Positions 36,876 to 46,235 of a stretch of DNA of 64,000 nucleotides are shown piece after piece (the stretch's first letter is position 1; every line of letters begins with the position of its first letter). The stretch is taken from positions 193,130 to 257,129 of the forward strand of contig CAVTKL010000013.1 in assembly GCA_963735345.1 (NCBI GenBank), written 5' to 3'. The DNA is from an uncultured Thermoleophilia bacterium (GTDB lineage: Bacteria; Actinomycetota; Thermoleophilia; UBA2241). The position numbers and the translations under genes are program-made. The notes under the pieces are model-generated. The model was not told where the DNA came from. It ran no database searches and worked only from the letters and a program-made list of their open reading frames with translations.

Positions 36876-39035
36876 ATGGCGCTTGTCCCATCGGATATGA
36901 GGTCACCGATCCCCGAGACGGCGCGGTTCTCGCGTGCGCCGGTGGTGCTCGCCTTCGCGGCCATCATCGCGCTCGCTCTCATCAGCACCGTCTCGTACAT
37001 GCTCTTCCACACCTTCGCCGAGGTCCTCTACGCAGTCATCGGCTTGGGCATCTTCCTCATGTCCTGGACCTTGCGCCAATTCCAGGACGACGACTTCGCC
37101 GCCTTCATCGGCATCGCGCTTCTGGCCACCTCGCTGCTGCACCTCGTGCATGCCGTCGACTTCCCCGGGATCGACATGATCAGCACGAGCCTCGACCCGC
37201 CGACCCAGATCTGGGTGGCGGCGACGCTCATCCAGGCACTGTCGTTCGCCGCGGCGCCCTTCGTGCTGGGGCGCCGCCTTCCACTGCGCCCGCTGCTGGT
37301 CGCCTATCTCCTCCTGGACGTGCTCGTCCTGGCCAGCATCTACGTGTGGCCGGTCTTTCCCGCAGACGCTCACCAGTGTGGGCCTCACGCACCTTCAAGA
37401 TCGCCGCCGAGTACGCCGCCTGCGGCATTCTTGTGGTCGCCATCTTACTGCTCTCTCGCAAGCGCACCGCGCTGCAAGGCGCCGCCTTCCCGCTCCTGAC
37501 GGCTGCTTGGACGCTCAACATCGCCGCGGAGCTGGCCCTCACGCTCTACTCAGGCCCTCAGACATGGGCGAACATGCTCGGTCACATCCTCCTGGTCGCT
37601 TCCATGGTGTTCATCTACTTCGCGGTGGTCCAGGACACGCTGGCGCGCCCGCACGCCCTGAGGGTCGCGAACCTGGAGTTGAGCGAGAGAGCGGAGCGCC
37701 TGGCGCGGCGGCAGGAACAGCTCATGCGCGAAGCGCTCGAGCAACTGCTCAGCCTCACCCCCTCGTTCCACGACGAGAAGGGCGAGCCCGAGATCGCGCG
37801 CGCCGTCTGCCGCGCTGCGCGCGACGTCTTCGGCGCCGATCAGGCGACGTTGTACGACGTCGACGTCGCCGAACTTGGTCGTTCTGGGGCAGGACCCCCT
37901 CGAGCAGTCGATCCGCCCCGGCCTGAGGCTGCCACTCGCCGCCGACGTGGAGGCACGGCGAGCCATCGAACAACGACAGCCCGTCTTTCGCGCCCTCGCC
38001 GCCGACGACGAGTCGGCGGCTCGCGAGGGCGTCGACGACAGCGCAGATGAGGATGCCGGGCAAGGACTCCGGGCGCTGCTGACGGCGCCTATCGGGCTGG
38101 CGCCTTCGCCGACACGCCTCTTGGTGCTCGGCTGGGCCAACGATCATGAGAAGCCTGACGCCCGCCTTCTCGCCATGGTCCAGAGATTCGGCGACCACGT
38201 GGATGTGGCGCTCACCCAGGCCCGCCGGCGCGCCGTGCAGACCGAGGCCGAAGACCTGCACCGGAGTTTCGAGCGCAGCCTCCTCCCGACCATGCCGGTC
38301 TCCCTTCCCGGCCTGCACGTGCATTTCCACTCCCGGCCGGGAGAGCACCGTCTCGAGTTGGGCGGCGACTTCATCGACGTCCTCGAGCGGAACGACCGGA
38401 GCCTCTCTATCATCGTCGGCGACGTCACCGGGCACGGCCCGAGCGCGGCGGCGCTGGGCGCGACGCTGCGCGCCGCCTGGCAGGCCCTCGAGACGGCCGG
38501 GGTAGAGCCCCTCGCAGTCGTCGACAGCCTGCGACAGGTCCTGCGCCGGGAGCGCAGCGGCCCCGACATCTTCGCCACGCTGTGTCTCGCATGGATCGAC
38601 CCCACGGACGATCACGTGTCGCTGCTCAACCTCGGCCACCCGCCGCCGCTTCTCGTCGCCGGCGACGTCCGCCGCCTCGAGGCGCCCTCACAACCGCCAC
38701 TCGGAGCGTTCGACCTGCCCCTGGAGGACGTCGTGCGCCTGCGTCTGCCCGAGAGCTGGAACCTGTTCTTCTACACGGACGGACTCATCGAGGGTCGCCT
38801 GCGGCCCGGCTCGGCGGAGCGCTTCGGAGAGATGCGGCTGGTGCACGCGCTGGAAGGGCTGCCGCATGGCCCTCTGGATGAGGCAGCCCTCGCGTCGCTG
38901 ATCTCGGATGTCGAAGCGGCGGGGGCCGAGCCGTTCGGCGACGACGTGACGGTGGTGGTCGTCACACGGACGAACACCACCGTCACGACGTCGCCAGATC
39001 CCGGCCTGCAGCGCTTCGCTGCTGCCCCGCGATAG
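36876..39035 (+). pseudogene. Membrane sensor (multi-TM MASE-like domain)-GAF-PP2C/SpoIIE phosphatase (RsbU-like), requiring two compensating frameshifts (0 to 2 near 37378; 2 to 0 near 37872)
   Basis: Frame 0: MALVPSDM...FHTFAEVLYAVIGLGIFLMSW...VWPVFPADAH. Frame 2: FKIAAEYAACGILVVAILLL...ATLYDVDVAELG. Frame 0 again: LVVLGQDPLEQS...GGDFIDVLERNDRSLSIIVGDVTGHGPSAAALGA... Confidence 0.65.
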
Positions 39036-39045
39036 CAGGCCGCCC

Positions 39046-39861
39046 TTGCCGATCATCGACATGCACACGCACGTCTTCCCTGACCAGCTCGCGGCGACCG
39101 CCGTCGCCGGCGTATGCAGGGCCTGCGCCATCGCCCCCTGCTTCGACGGCACACTCAGTGGGCTGCACTCCTTCATGCGCCACGCGGGCATCGCGCGCAG
39201 CGTCGTCCAGCCGGTGGCGAGCAAGGCCACCCAGGTGCGATCGATCAACGACTGGGCGGCCGCCCTCGCCGACGACTCGATCATCCCGTTCGGGGCGATG
39301 CACCCCGACCTCCCGGACCTCGTGGCGGAGGTTGAGCGCCTCGTCGCGCTCGGTATCCGCGGCTTCAAACTGCACCCCGAATACCAGTCATTCAGCCCGG
39401 ATGAGGAGCGCCTGGACCCGCTCTATGTCGCGGCCACGGAGCACGGGCTCATCGTCTACTTCCACGCCGGCGAGGACATCGCCCTGCCGGATGTGCATTC
39501 GACGCCACAGGCCTTCGCTCGCCTGCTGGATCGGCACCCGGACCTCATCGTCGTGCTCGCCCACATGGGGGGCTGGCGGCAATGGGATGAAGTGCTGCAC
39601 CACCTCGCGGGGAGAGACGTGTACCTGGACACGTCGTTCACGCTCCCGTACCTCGACGAGGAACGCTTCGTGGAGCTCGTGGCGGCGCACGGGGCCCACA
39701 GGATCCTCTTCGGCAGCGACGGGCCCTGGGGCGACCTCAGCCGCGACGTGGCGCAACTGAGAGCCATGCCCTTCTCAGATGATGCCCTCGACGCCATCCT
39801 CTGGGGCAACGCCGCGCGCCTGCTCGGGCTGCCGGCGGAGGCGCTGCTGACGTCGGACTGA
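39046..39861 (+). CDS. Amidohydrolase-2 family metal-dependent TIM-barrel hydrolase
   Basis: MPIIDMHTHVFPD...FKLHPEYQSF...VYFHAGE...VLAHMGG...ILFGSDGPW. Confidence 0.65.
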   Translation: MPIIDMHTHVFPDQLAATAVAGVCRACAIAPCFDGTLSGLHSFMRHAGIARSVVQPVASKATQVRSINDWAAALADDSIIPFGAMHPDLPDLVAEVERLVALGIRGFKLHPEYQSFSPDEERLDPLYVAATEHGLIVYFHAGEDIALPDVHSTPQAFARLLDRHPDLIVVLAHMGGWRQWDEVLHHLAGRDVYLDTSFTLPYLDEERFVELVAAHGAHRILFGSDGPWGDLSRDVAQLRAMPFSDDALDAILWGNAARLLGLPAEALLTSD

Positions 39862-39991
39862 CCTCGGGGGGCAGCCACGCCACATGGCGTGGCGTGGCGA
39901 TGACCCGCAAGGGCTGCCACGTCCGCCTCCGCGGTCTCCCTTGACGGTCGCCGAGATGCGCCGCGCCTCTCATCCGTGTACGGTGCATCCT

Positions 39992-40990
39992 ATGTTCGCG
40001 ATCCTCACTCGATGCGCCCTTGCCGGAGCCGTCCTCCTCTTGGCTTTCGCAGCCGGCGTCGCGGCCGTGGAAGGCGCCCCGGCCTGGGCTGCAGGACCCG
40101 CGGTCGTCGCGGTCGCGAGTGAGTCCGGCGACGAAGCCGCCAAGCCCCAGCCTCTCGGCCCTTTCGACGCCATCATCCTCGGCGTGGTCGAGGGCGTCAC
40201 CGAGTACCTGCCGGTCAGCTCCACGGGGCATCTTCTGTTCACCGAGCACCTGCTCGGCATCTCCGATGATCCCCAGCTGAAGACAGCCGCTGACTCCTAC
40301 GCCATCGCCATCCAGTTCGGCGCCATCATGGCAGTCGTCATCCTGTACTGGCGCCGCCTCATGTCGATCCTGCGCGGCATCCTGGGACGCGACCGCGACG
40401 GCAGACGGCTCGCGGTCGTCCTCGTCTCCTCGTTCGTGCCCGCGGCTGTGATCGGGCTGCTGGGCGAGAAGCTCATCAAGGGGTATCTGTTCGCCCTGTG
40501 GCCGATCACGGCCGCCTGGCTGGTCGGCGGCGTCGTCATCCTCCTGGTCGCGCGCCACGATCGAAAAGGCGGCTTGCGGCCCAACGAAGGCGCCGGCATG
40601 GAGGATCTCACCATCGGCCGGGCCATCATCGTCGGCCTCCTGCAGTGCATCGCCATGTGGCCGGGGGTGAGCCGCAGCCTCGTCACCATCCTCGGCGGGC
40701 GGCTCGTCGGCCTGAGCACGATCGCCGCCGTCGAGTACAGCTTCCTTCTGGGGCTTGTCACCCTGACCGCCGCGACGGTGTTCGAAGCCGCCAGCGAGGG
40801 GGGGACGATCATCGCGACCTTCGGGATCGTGACCCCGCTCATCGGCATGATCGCCGCCTTCATCTCCGCGGCTCTGGCGGTGAAGTGGATGGTGGGCTAC
40901 CTCAGCAGGCACACCCTCGCGATCTTCGGCTGGTACCGCCTCGGGCTGGCGCTCGTCGCCGCCGGACTCATCCTCAGCGCGACCGTCTGA
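39992..40990 (+). CDS. uppP: Undecaprenyl-diphosphatase (UppP/BacA)
   Basis: EGVTEYLPVSSTGHL...; GVSRSL...; 8 TM. Start uncertain (ORF opens at 39884). Confidence 0.85.
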   Translation: MFAILTRCALAGAVLLLAFAAGVAAVEGAPAWAAGPAVVAVASESGDEAAKPQPLGPFDAIILGVVEGVTEYLPVSSTGHLLFTEHLLGISDDPQLKTAADSYAIAIQFGAIMAVVILYWRRLMSILRGILGRDRDGRRLAVVLVSSFVPAAVIGLLGEKLIKGYLFALWPITAAWLVGGVVILLVARHDRKGGLRPNEGAGMEDLTIGRAIIVGLLQCIAMWPGVSRSLVTILGGRLVGLSTIAAVEYSFLLGLVTLTAATVFEAASEGGTIIATFGIVTPLIGMIAAFISAALAVKWMVGYLSRHTLAIFGWYRLGLALVAAGLILSATV

Positions 40991-40993
40991 CCC

Positions 40994-42718
40994 TCAGCTG
41001 TGTGTGGTCACGCTTCGTGTGGACGTCGCCGGACGCTCCGAGAGCGCCGCCGGCGAGGCGAGCGGCGGGACGGCGATCAAGGGTTTCGCTGTCTGCAGCG
41101 GCGCCAGGGCCACGCGATTGCGACCGTCGCGCTTCGCCTTATAGAGGGCGCCGTCCGCCGCCTCGATGAGGCCGCTCACCGTGCTCGGGGCACGAACCCC
41201 CGCGACCGCCACTCCGACACTGACGGTCACGCGGAGCAGCTTGTCGTCGCACCAGACTGACAACCCGGAGACGACGGCGCGCAGACGCTCGGCCACGACA
41301 AGCGCCTGGTCGGCATCGAGGCCCGGCATGAAGGCGCACATCTCGTCGCCGCCGTAGCGGCCAAGCCGGTCAAAGGCGCGCAGTTGCTCACTACAGGCAG
41401 CCGCGACGGCGCGCAGGACCTGATCGCCGGCGGCGTGACCGTGCAGATCGTTGACCAGCTTGAAGTGGTCGAGGTCGATGACGAGGACCGCCAAGGGCCG
41501 AGCCTCGCGCTGGCAACGCGCGACCTCTTCGTCGCCAAGCTGGAGAAGCTGGCGTCGTGCGAGCAGGCCGGTCAGATCGTCCGTGGTCGCCAGGCGACGC
41601 ACGCTGCGGAAGAGTTCGACGCGACTGGTCACGTCGTGCAACACAAGAGCCTCCCCGACACAACGTCCGTTGCGTCGCAGCACCGATGCCACGCGCACAC
41701 TGAAGTGGCGCACTTCACAACTCGCGGGGAACGCTGGGTCGGCGACCTCAAGCGTCAGCGTGTCCTCGTCGTCGCCCACCCGCCGGTCCTGGGAAGCCAG
41801 ATGCCGCGTGTGCTGCTCAGTCGCGAGGCGCGCCGCTGCGCGTGCCGTGGAAAACCCCTCACGGCCGGCAAGCAGTGTGTCCAGCGGACTGCCGAGCGCC
41901 GCCGACGTGATCTCCGGAAGGATCGCGTGAGCGGCGGGGTTGAAGTCGACGAGGAGGCCGGCGGCGTCACTCACGATGATCCCGTCCATGAGCTGTTCGA
42001 TGATCGTGTCACGCGCCAGGGGGGTCAGCTCCAGCAGTCGATATCGCAGCAGCGCGACGGCACAGAAGACGGCGGCCACGGAGAGACTGGCCACGGCCGG
42101 GTTGAAGTTGCGCCAAGGGAGGAGCCCCGCGGCGTAGAGGACGCCGGCGACCATCGGCAGCAGCGTGGCCACGAGCAACAGCCGGCTGCGCCCGCGCACC
42201 AGTACGTTGTCGTGGCGCACCCCGCGGATGAGAACGAACAGCGAGGCCAGGAGGAGACCCCAGGCGAACGGCGCCCAGCCGAAGTAGTACGCGACGCCGT
42301 AATCGGCGGCGACGAAGGGGATCGGCCCCGTCGTGTCGAGACTCGGTTGCCCCCTGAAGAGCCGGCCGGGATTCACGTAGACGCAGGCGATGATGGCGAA
42401 GGCGGCCAGCCAGATGCCACCGATGAGCCATCGGGGCAGCGGCGGAGCTCCGGCGGCGATGCGCATGGTCAGGAGCCACAATACCGGCAGGATCGTCGCC
42501 GCGATGAATTGCACGTTGGCCCAGAAGAGCTTGTCAGAGAGCCCGGCGGCGGCCAATTCGAGCGCGTAGGCGACGGTCCACAACAGCAACACCCCGAAGA
42601 CACCGCCCAGCCATGGCGCCACGGACTCGCGCCGATTGACGAGGACGAGGGTCAAGAGCGCGACGAGTGCGACCCCCGAAGCGGTGTGCAACAGCAGCAG
42701 GAATGTGTACTCAGACAA
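40994..42718 (-). CDS. Membrane-anchored diguanylate cyclase (multi-TM sensor, PAS-like, GGDEF with a GGDEM variant)
   Basis: DDLTGLLARRQ...LAVLVIDLDHFKLVNDLHGHAAGDQVL...RYGGDEMCAFMPG. Confidence 0.8.
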   Translation of the reverse strand: MSEYTFLLLLHTASGVALVALLTLVLVNRRESVAPWLGGVFGVLLLWTVAYALELAAAGLSDKLFWANVQFIAATILPVLWLLTMRIAAGAPPLPRWLIGGIWLAAFAIIACVYVNPGRLFRGQPSLDTTGPIPFVAADYGVAYYFGWAPFAWGLLLASLFVLIRGVRHDNVLVRGRSRLLLVATLLPMVAGVLYAAGLLPWRNFNPAVASLSVAAVFCAVALLRYRLLELTPLARDTIIEQLMDGIIVSDAAGLLVDFNPAAHAILPEITSAALGSPLDTLLAGREGFSTARAAARLATEQHTRHLASQDRRVGDDEDTLTLEVADPAFPASCEVRHFSVRVASVLRRNGRCVGEALVLHDVTSRVELFRSVRRLATTDDLTGLLARRQLLQLGDEEVARCQREARPLAVLVIDLDHFKLVNDLHGHAAGDQVLRAVAAACSEQLRAFDRLGRYGGDEMCAFMPGLDADQALVVAERLRAVVSGLSVWCDDKLLRVTVSVGVAVAGVRAPSTVSGLIEAADGALYKAKRDGRNRVALAPLQTAKPLIAVPPLASPAALSERPATSTRSVTTHS

Positions 42719-42834
42719 CGAGGCGGCCCCCAGAACCCCTGGACGAACGGCGCCCCAAGGCGCCTGCAGGCTCCTATCGGCCAGAAACGGGGAGTGCTTG
42801 AACCCGCGTCGGCAACGTCGCCGCTGACGGATGC

Positions 42835-43416
42835 CTAAACGCTGGTGTCAGGCGCGGGCGGCCACACACGCTGTTCGCGTGCGCGCCGGCGGCGCCGCGA
42901 ATGGGTCGTCAGGATCCTCTGAGACACGGCGATGACGACAGCCATCAGCACCACGCTCGCGGTCGTCACGTAGAGCGGTCTGGATGCATCAGTGCCTGCC
43001 AGGGCCCCGTGGATGGTCGTCAGCCAGAACGTCGCGTAGCTCGCGAGATGGACGCCCCGCCACCACCTTCGGGGAAGCCGCTTCACGGCCACGGAGGTCA
43101 GCGCCACAGCGATCACGAGCCAGAAGGCGATGATGCCCAGCGCCACCGCCACCGGTCGCCACTGGCTGGCGAAGGGGAGCAGGATGTCGAGAGGGCCAAA
43201 CTGCACGTAGCTGTCCGCCAGAAGTGAGACGAGGTGGACCCCGAGGAATGCGACCGTGAGCCCGCCGAGCCAGCGGTGCAGGTCGAGGAGCCACGCCGCG
43301 CGACGCTTGAGCAGCCCATCCGCAAGGACGATGCCCCAGAGCACCGTGGCGGTCAGCAGCAGCCACGCCACGATCCCCGAGGCCCGCGACATGTACCACC
43401 AGATCTCGGGACTCAT
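42835..43416 (-). CDS. Ferric-reductase-like transmembrane domain protein (MsrQ/YedZ-like haem-binding 6-TM protein)
   Basis: 193 aa, about 6 TM, with conserved His in TM helices (LDLHRWLG, VHLVS, VHLASY, TIHGA). Confidence 0.55.
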   Translation of the reverse strand: MSPEIWWYMSRASGIVAWLLLTATVLWGIVLADGLLKRRAAWLLDLHRWLGGLTVAFLGVHLVSLLADSYVQFGPLDILLPFASQWRPVAVALGIIAFWLVIAVALTSVAVKRLPRRWWRGVHLASYATFWLTTIHGALAGTDASRPLYVTTASVVLMAVVIAVSQRILTTHSRRRRRAREQRVWPPAPDTSV

Positions 43417-44312
43417 GCCGTACTCCTCTCAGCGACGAGGGCGCTCTCCAGCGCCGGGCTCATTGTGGTGGTGCCGTTCAGGGTCGTCGCGATGCCGGAA
43501 AGCGCGTGGCCGCCGAGGTAATCCAGCGCCTTATCGGCGCCGCAGAGAAGGGCGGCGGTGGCCTGCACCTCCGCCTCCCACCCGGTGCCGGCGATCACAG
43601 TCACAGCGGCGAGATCGGTCGTGGCGCAGGTGCTCGTTGCGGGATCGATGACGTGATGGCGGCGACGCCCATCCTGGAACCAAGCCCGCGAGAGAGTGCT
43701 GGAGGTGGCGACTCCGCCGGCGTCGATCGCCAGCGCCACGATGCTGCAGGAGGGGTCGGCCGGATCCTCGACGAGGACGCACCACCCCTCGACTGCCGGC
43801 GCACGGCCTCCCGCCGAGAGGTCACCGCCCAGGCTGACCAGAGCGCCTCCCGTGCCCTCTTCGAGCAACTCAGTCACGACGATGTCCGCCGCGAGGCCCT
43901 TGCCGATCCCGCCGGGGTCAAGACCGAGACCGGCGGGGAGGATCACCGCCGAGAGCGCGCTGTCGATCGTCATATCCTCGAGCGAGGCCTTGGCGGCGGC
44001 CGGCCCAGCCTGCACGCTCACTCGGCCGGACCCATCGACGCTCCGCGTGTATCCCGCCGCGTTGATCGCGCCGAGCACCGTCGGATCGTAGCGACGATGC
44101 GTGAGACGCCACGCCCGACGCATCGCCGTGAGAAGCGTGATGGTGTCCGACGAGACGGGTACCCAGGCCTCCGTCGCGGTGGTGAGTCGCGCGATCTCGC
44201 TGTCCGGACGGAACCGGCTCCAGCGACGCTCAAGTTCCTCCAGGCGGCTGCGGGCGTGGTCGGCAGCGCCCGGCGCAGGGTCGACGAGGATCACCTGCGC
44301 CGCGCTGGCCAT
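43413..44312 (-). CDS. apbE: FAD:protein FMN transferase (ApbE family)
   Basis: ...YDPTVLGAINAAGYTRSVDGSG...IDAGGVATSSTLSRAWFQDG..HHVIDPATS... is the ApbE pattern. Start uncertain (ORF opens at 44432). Confidence 0.75.
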   Translation of the reverse strand: MASAAQVILVDPAPGAADHARSRLEELERRWSRFRPDSEIARLTTATEAWVPVSSDTITLLTAMRRAWRLTHRRYDPTVLGAINAAGYTRSVDGSGRVSVQAGPAAAKASLEDMTIDSALSAVILPAGLGLDPGGIGKGLAADIVVTELLEEGTGGALVSLGGDLSAGGRAPAVEGWCVLVEDPADPSCSIVALAIDAGGVATSSTLSRAWFQDGRRRHHVIDPATSTCATTDLAAVTVIAGTGWEAEVQATAALLCGADKALDYLGGHALSGIATTLNGTTTMSPALESALVAERSTA

Positions 44313-44328
44313 GACCCGGAACCGCAGC

Positions 44329-44790
44329 TCACTGACTGCCACTGGTCGTCGCCGTAGGGGTGGAGGCGGCCGGCGGAGCGGAGTAGGCGCGCACCGCAGG
44401 GCCGCTCGACATCGACGCGACCGCTGAACCACTGACCGCGCCGGTCACGGTGTGCACCACACGGCGCGCCGTCAGAGCGATCGGACCGGCTGAGGGAGCG
44501 TGGTCGGGACCAGCCTTCTCCTGACTCGCACGATGAACGACCACCACGTGCTGAGGAGCAGCGGCCGGCGCAGGGGCGAGGTTCGTCGTCTTGGCTTCCG
44601 GACTCACGGCGCCCATGCCGGCCATCAAGCCCAGCATCGCCGTGACGCCGATGCCGGCAGCGGCGACGCGCGAACCTCCGGCGGGGCGCCGCCGCGCCCG
44701 ACGAGCCGGATGCGAGCCCGCTTCGGCGATCACGCGAGCTTGTTCCTCACTCAAGGCCGGAGCAGGCCTCGGTGTGCCGTCAGTCATCAT
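44329..44790 (-). CDS. Hypothetical single-TM protein
   Basis: ORF with one hydrophobic helix (VAAAGIGVTAMLGLMAGMGAV). The start is placed after the stop of the upstream gene. Confidence 0.3.
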   Translation of the reverse strand: MMTDGTPRPAPALSEEQARVIAEAGSHPARRARRRPAGGSRVAAAGIGVTAMLGLMAGMGAVSPEAKTTNLAPAPAAAPQHVVVVHRASQEKAGPDHAPSAGPIALTARRVVHTVTGAVSGSAVASMSSGPAVRAYSAPPAASTPTATTSGSQ

Positions 44791-45364
44791 CGCCGCCTCC
44801 CTCATGGTCCTGGGCTTCGTCATCGTGGGCGTCACCGTGGCCGGCGTCGGTACTCGTCGAAGGTGGAACCGGAATGATGACCCTGGTCGTCGAACTCGCC
44901 GGCCCGCCGGCCCCCGCAGTCCCAACGGTTCTCGTGACCGGCTGGACGACCCGAGCCGTGAGCTTGCCGTCCGCACCGAGGATGGCGACGAACCTGTAGG
45001 TGATGGACCTGGACTTGAAGGTCACGGTCAACCGCTTCTGAGCGTTCTGTACCAACGTCCACTTCCAGCCCGGCTTCACAGATACATCGTCCAGACGCAC
45101 GCCCTTCTTCGTCGCCACGACGCCGATCGTGCCGGCCTTCTCGACCTTGTACTGCTGGGAGGTGGTCCCCTTGGTGTCGTCGATGTAGACGTCGACGACC
45201 TCCGGGCCATTCGCCCGGGGCGCAACCGCGGTCGCCGAGAGATCTCCGACCGGCCCTGCGTCGGCGACAGTGAGAATGCCGAGGTTGGCTCCCACGGCGG
45301 CGGCGCTGGCGAGGACGACAGCGACGATGGAGACTGCGGTGATCAGGGCGGTCCTGTGGGCCAT
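44780..45364 (-). CDS. Hypothetical exported/anchored protein with an acidic His/Asp-rich C-terminal tail
   Basis: N-terminal signal-anchor ALITAVSIVAVVLASAAAVGA; tail GHGDAHDDEAQDHEGGGDDD. Confidence 0.5.
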   Translation of the reverse strand: MAHRTALITAVSIVAVVLASAAAVGANLGILTVADAGPVGDLSATAVAPRANGPEVVDVYIDDTKGTTSQQYKVEKAGTIGVVATKKGVRLDDVSVKPGWKWTLVQNAQKRLTVTFKSRSITYRFVAILGADGKLTARVVQPVTRTVGTAGAGGPASSTTRVIIPVPPSTSTDAGHGDAHDDEAQDHEGGGDDD

Positions 45365-45554
45365 GCGTCATTCCCTCTCTTCGTATCGAGGATGAGGCTC
45401 GTTGGCACGGAGCGTAGAGACCGGCGAGCAAGGGCGCCGCCAACACGAGGCAAAGGTTTGGCAAAGACCGGCGGCTCCCGAGTACACTGAGGGCGCCGAC
45501 CACCAAGGACTCGACCGATGGAGACCCATGCTTCCCAGCGCCGCCGGAGAGAAC

Positions 45555-46235
45555 ATGCCCGTGCGCCTGCTGATCGTCGAGGATGACCCGACCATCGCCG
45601 AGCCGCTCCGCACGGGCCTGCGGCGCGAGGGGTTTGCGGTCGCGGTCGTCGACACCGGGGCGGCGGCGCTCGAAGCCGCCGATTGCGAACTCGTCCTCCT
45701 CGACCTCGGTCTTCCCGACCTCGACGGACGCGTCGTGTGTCGGCGTCTGCGCGAGCACTCGCGCGTCCCGATCATCGTGGTCACCGCCCGTGGTGACGAG
45801 ATCGACCGCGTGAGTCTTCTCGAGCTTGGCGCCGACGACTATGTCGTGAAACCGTTCGGGTTCCGCGAGCTCGTCGCACGGATCCGCGCAGTTCTGCGGA
45901 GAAGCGGCGACCAGACGGCTGACGAACGAGCGTGCGCCCAGATCGATGTCGGGCTCCTCGGGATCGACACGCGCACGCGAGCCGTGACGTACGACGGCCG
46001 ACCCGTCGCGCTCACCCCAAAGGAATATGATCTGCTCGTCTACCTCGCGCGTGACCCGGAGGCCGTCCACACGCGCGAGCAGATCATCGACCACGTCTGG
46101 GACGAGAACTGGTGGGGTTCCACCAAGACCCTCGACGTCCACGTCGCGTCGTTGCGCAAGAAGCTCGCCCCTGAGATCGTCGAGACCGTGCGCGGCGTGG
46201 GATTCCGCCTCGTCGCCAGCCCTGCCTCCTCGTGA
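45555..46235 (+). CDS. OmpR-family response regulator
   Basis: MPVRLLIVEDDPTIAEPL...LLDLGLPDLDG... with a winged-helix C-terminus. Confidence 0.88.
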   Translation: MPVRLLIVEDDPTIAEPLRTGLRREGFAVAVVDTGAAALEAADCELVLLDLGLPDLDGRVVCRRLREHSRVPIIVVTARGDEIDRVSLLELGADDYVVKPFGFRELVARIRAVLRRSGDQTADERACAQIDVGLLGIDTRTRAVTYDGRPVALTPKEYDLLVYLARDPEAVHTREQIIDHVWDENWWGSTKTLDVHVASLRKKLAPEIVETVRGVGFRLVASPASS

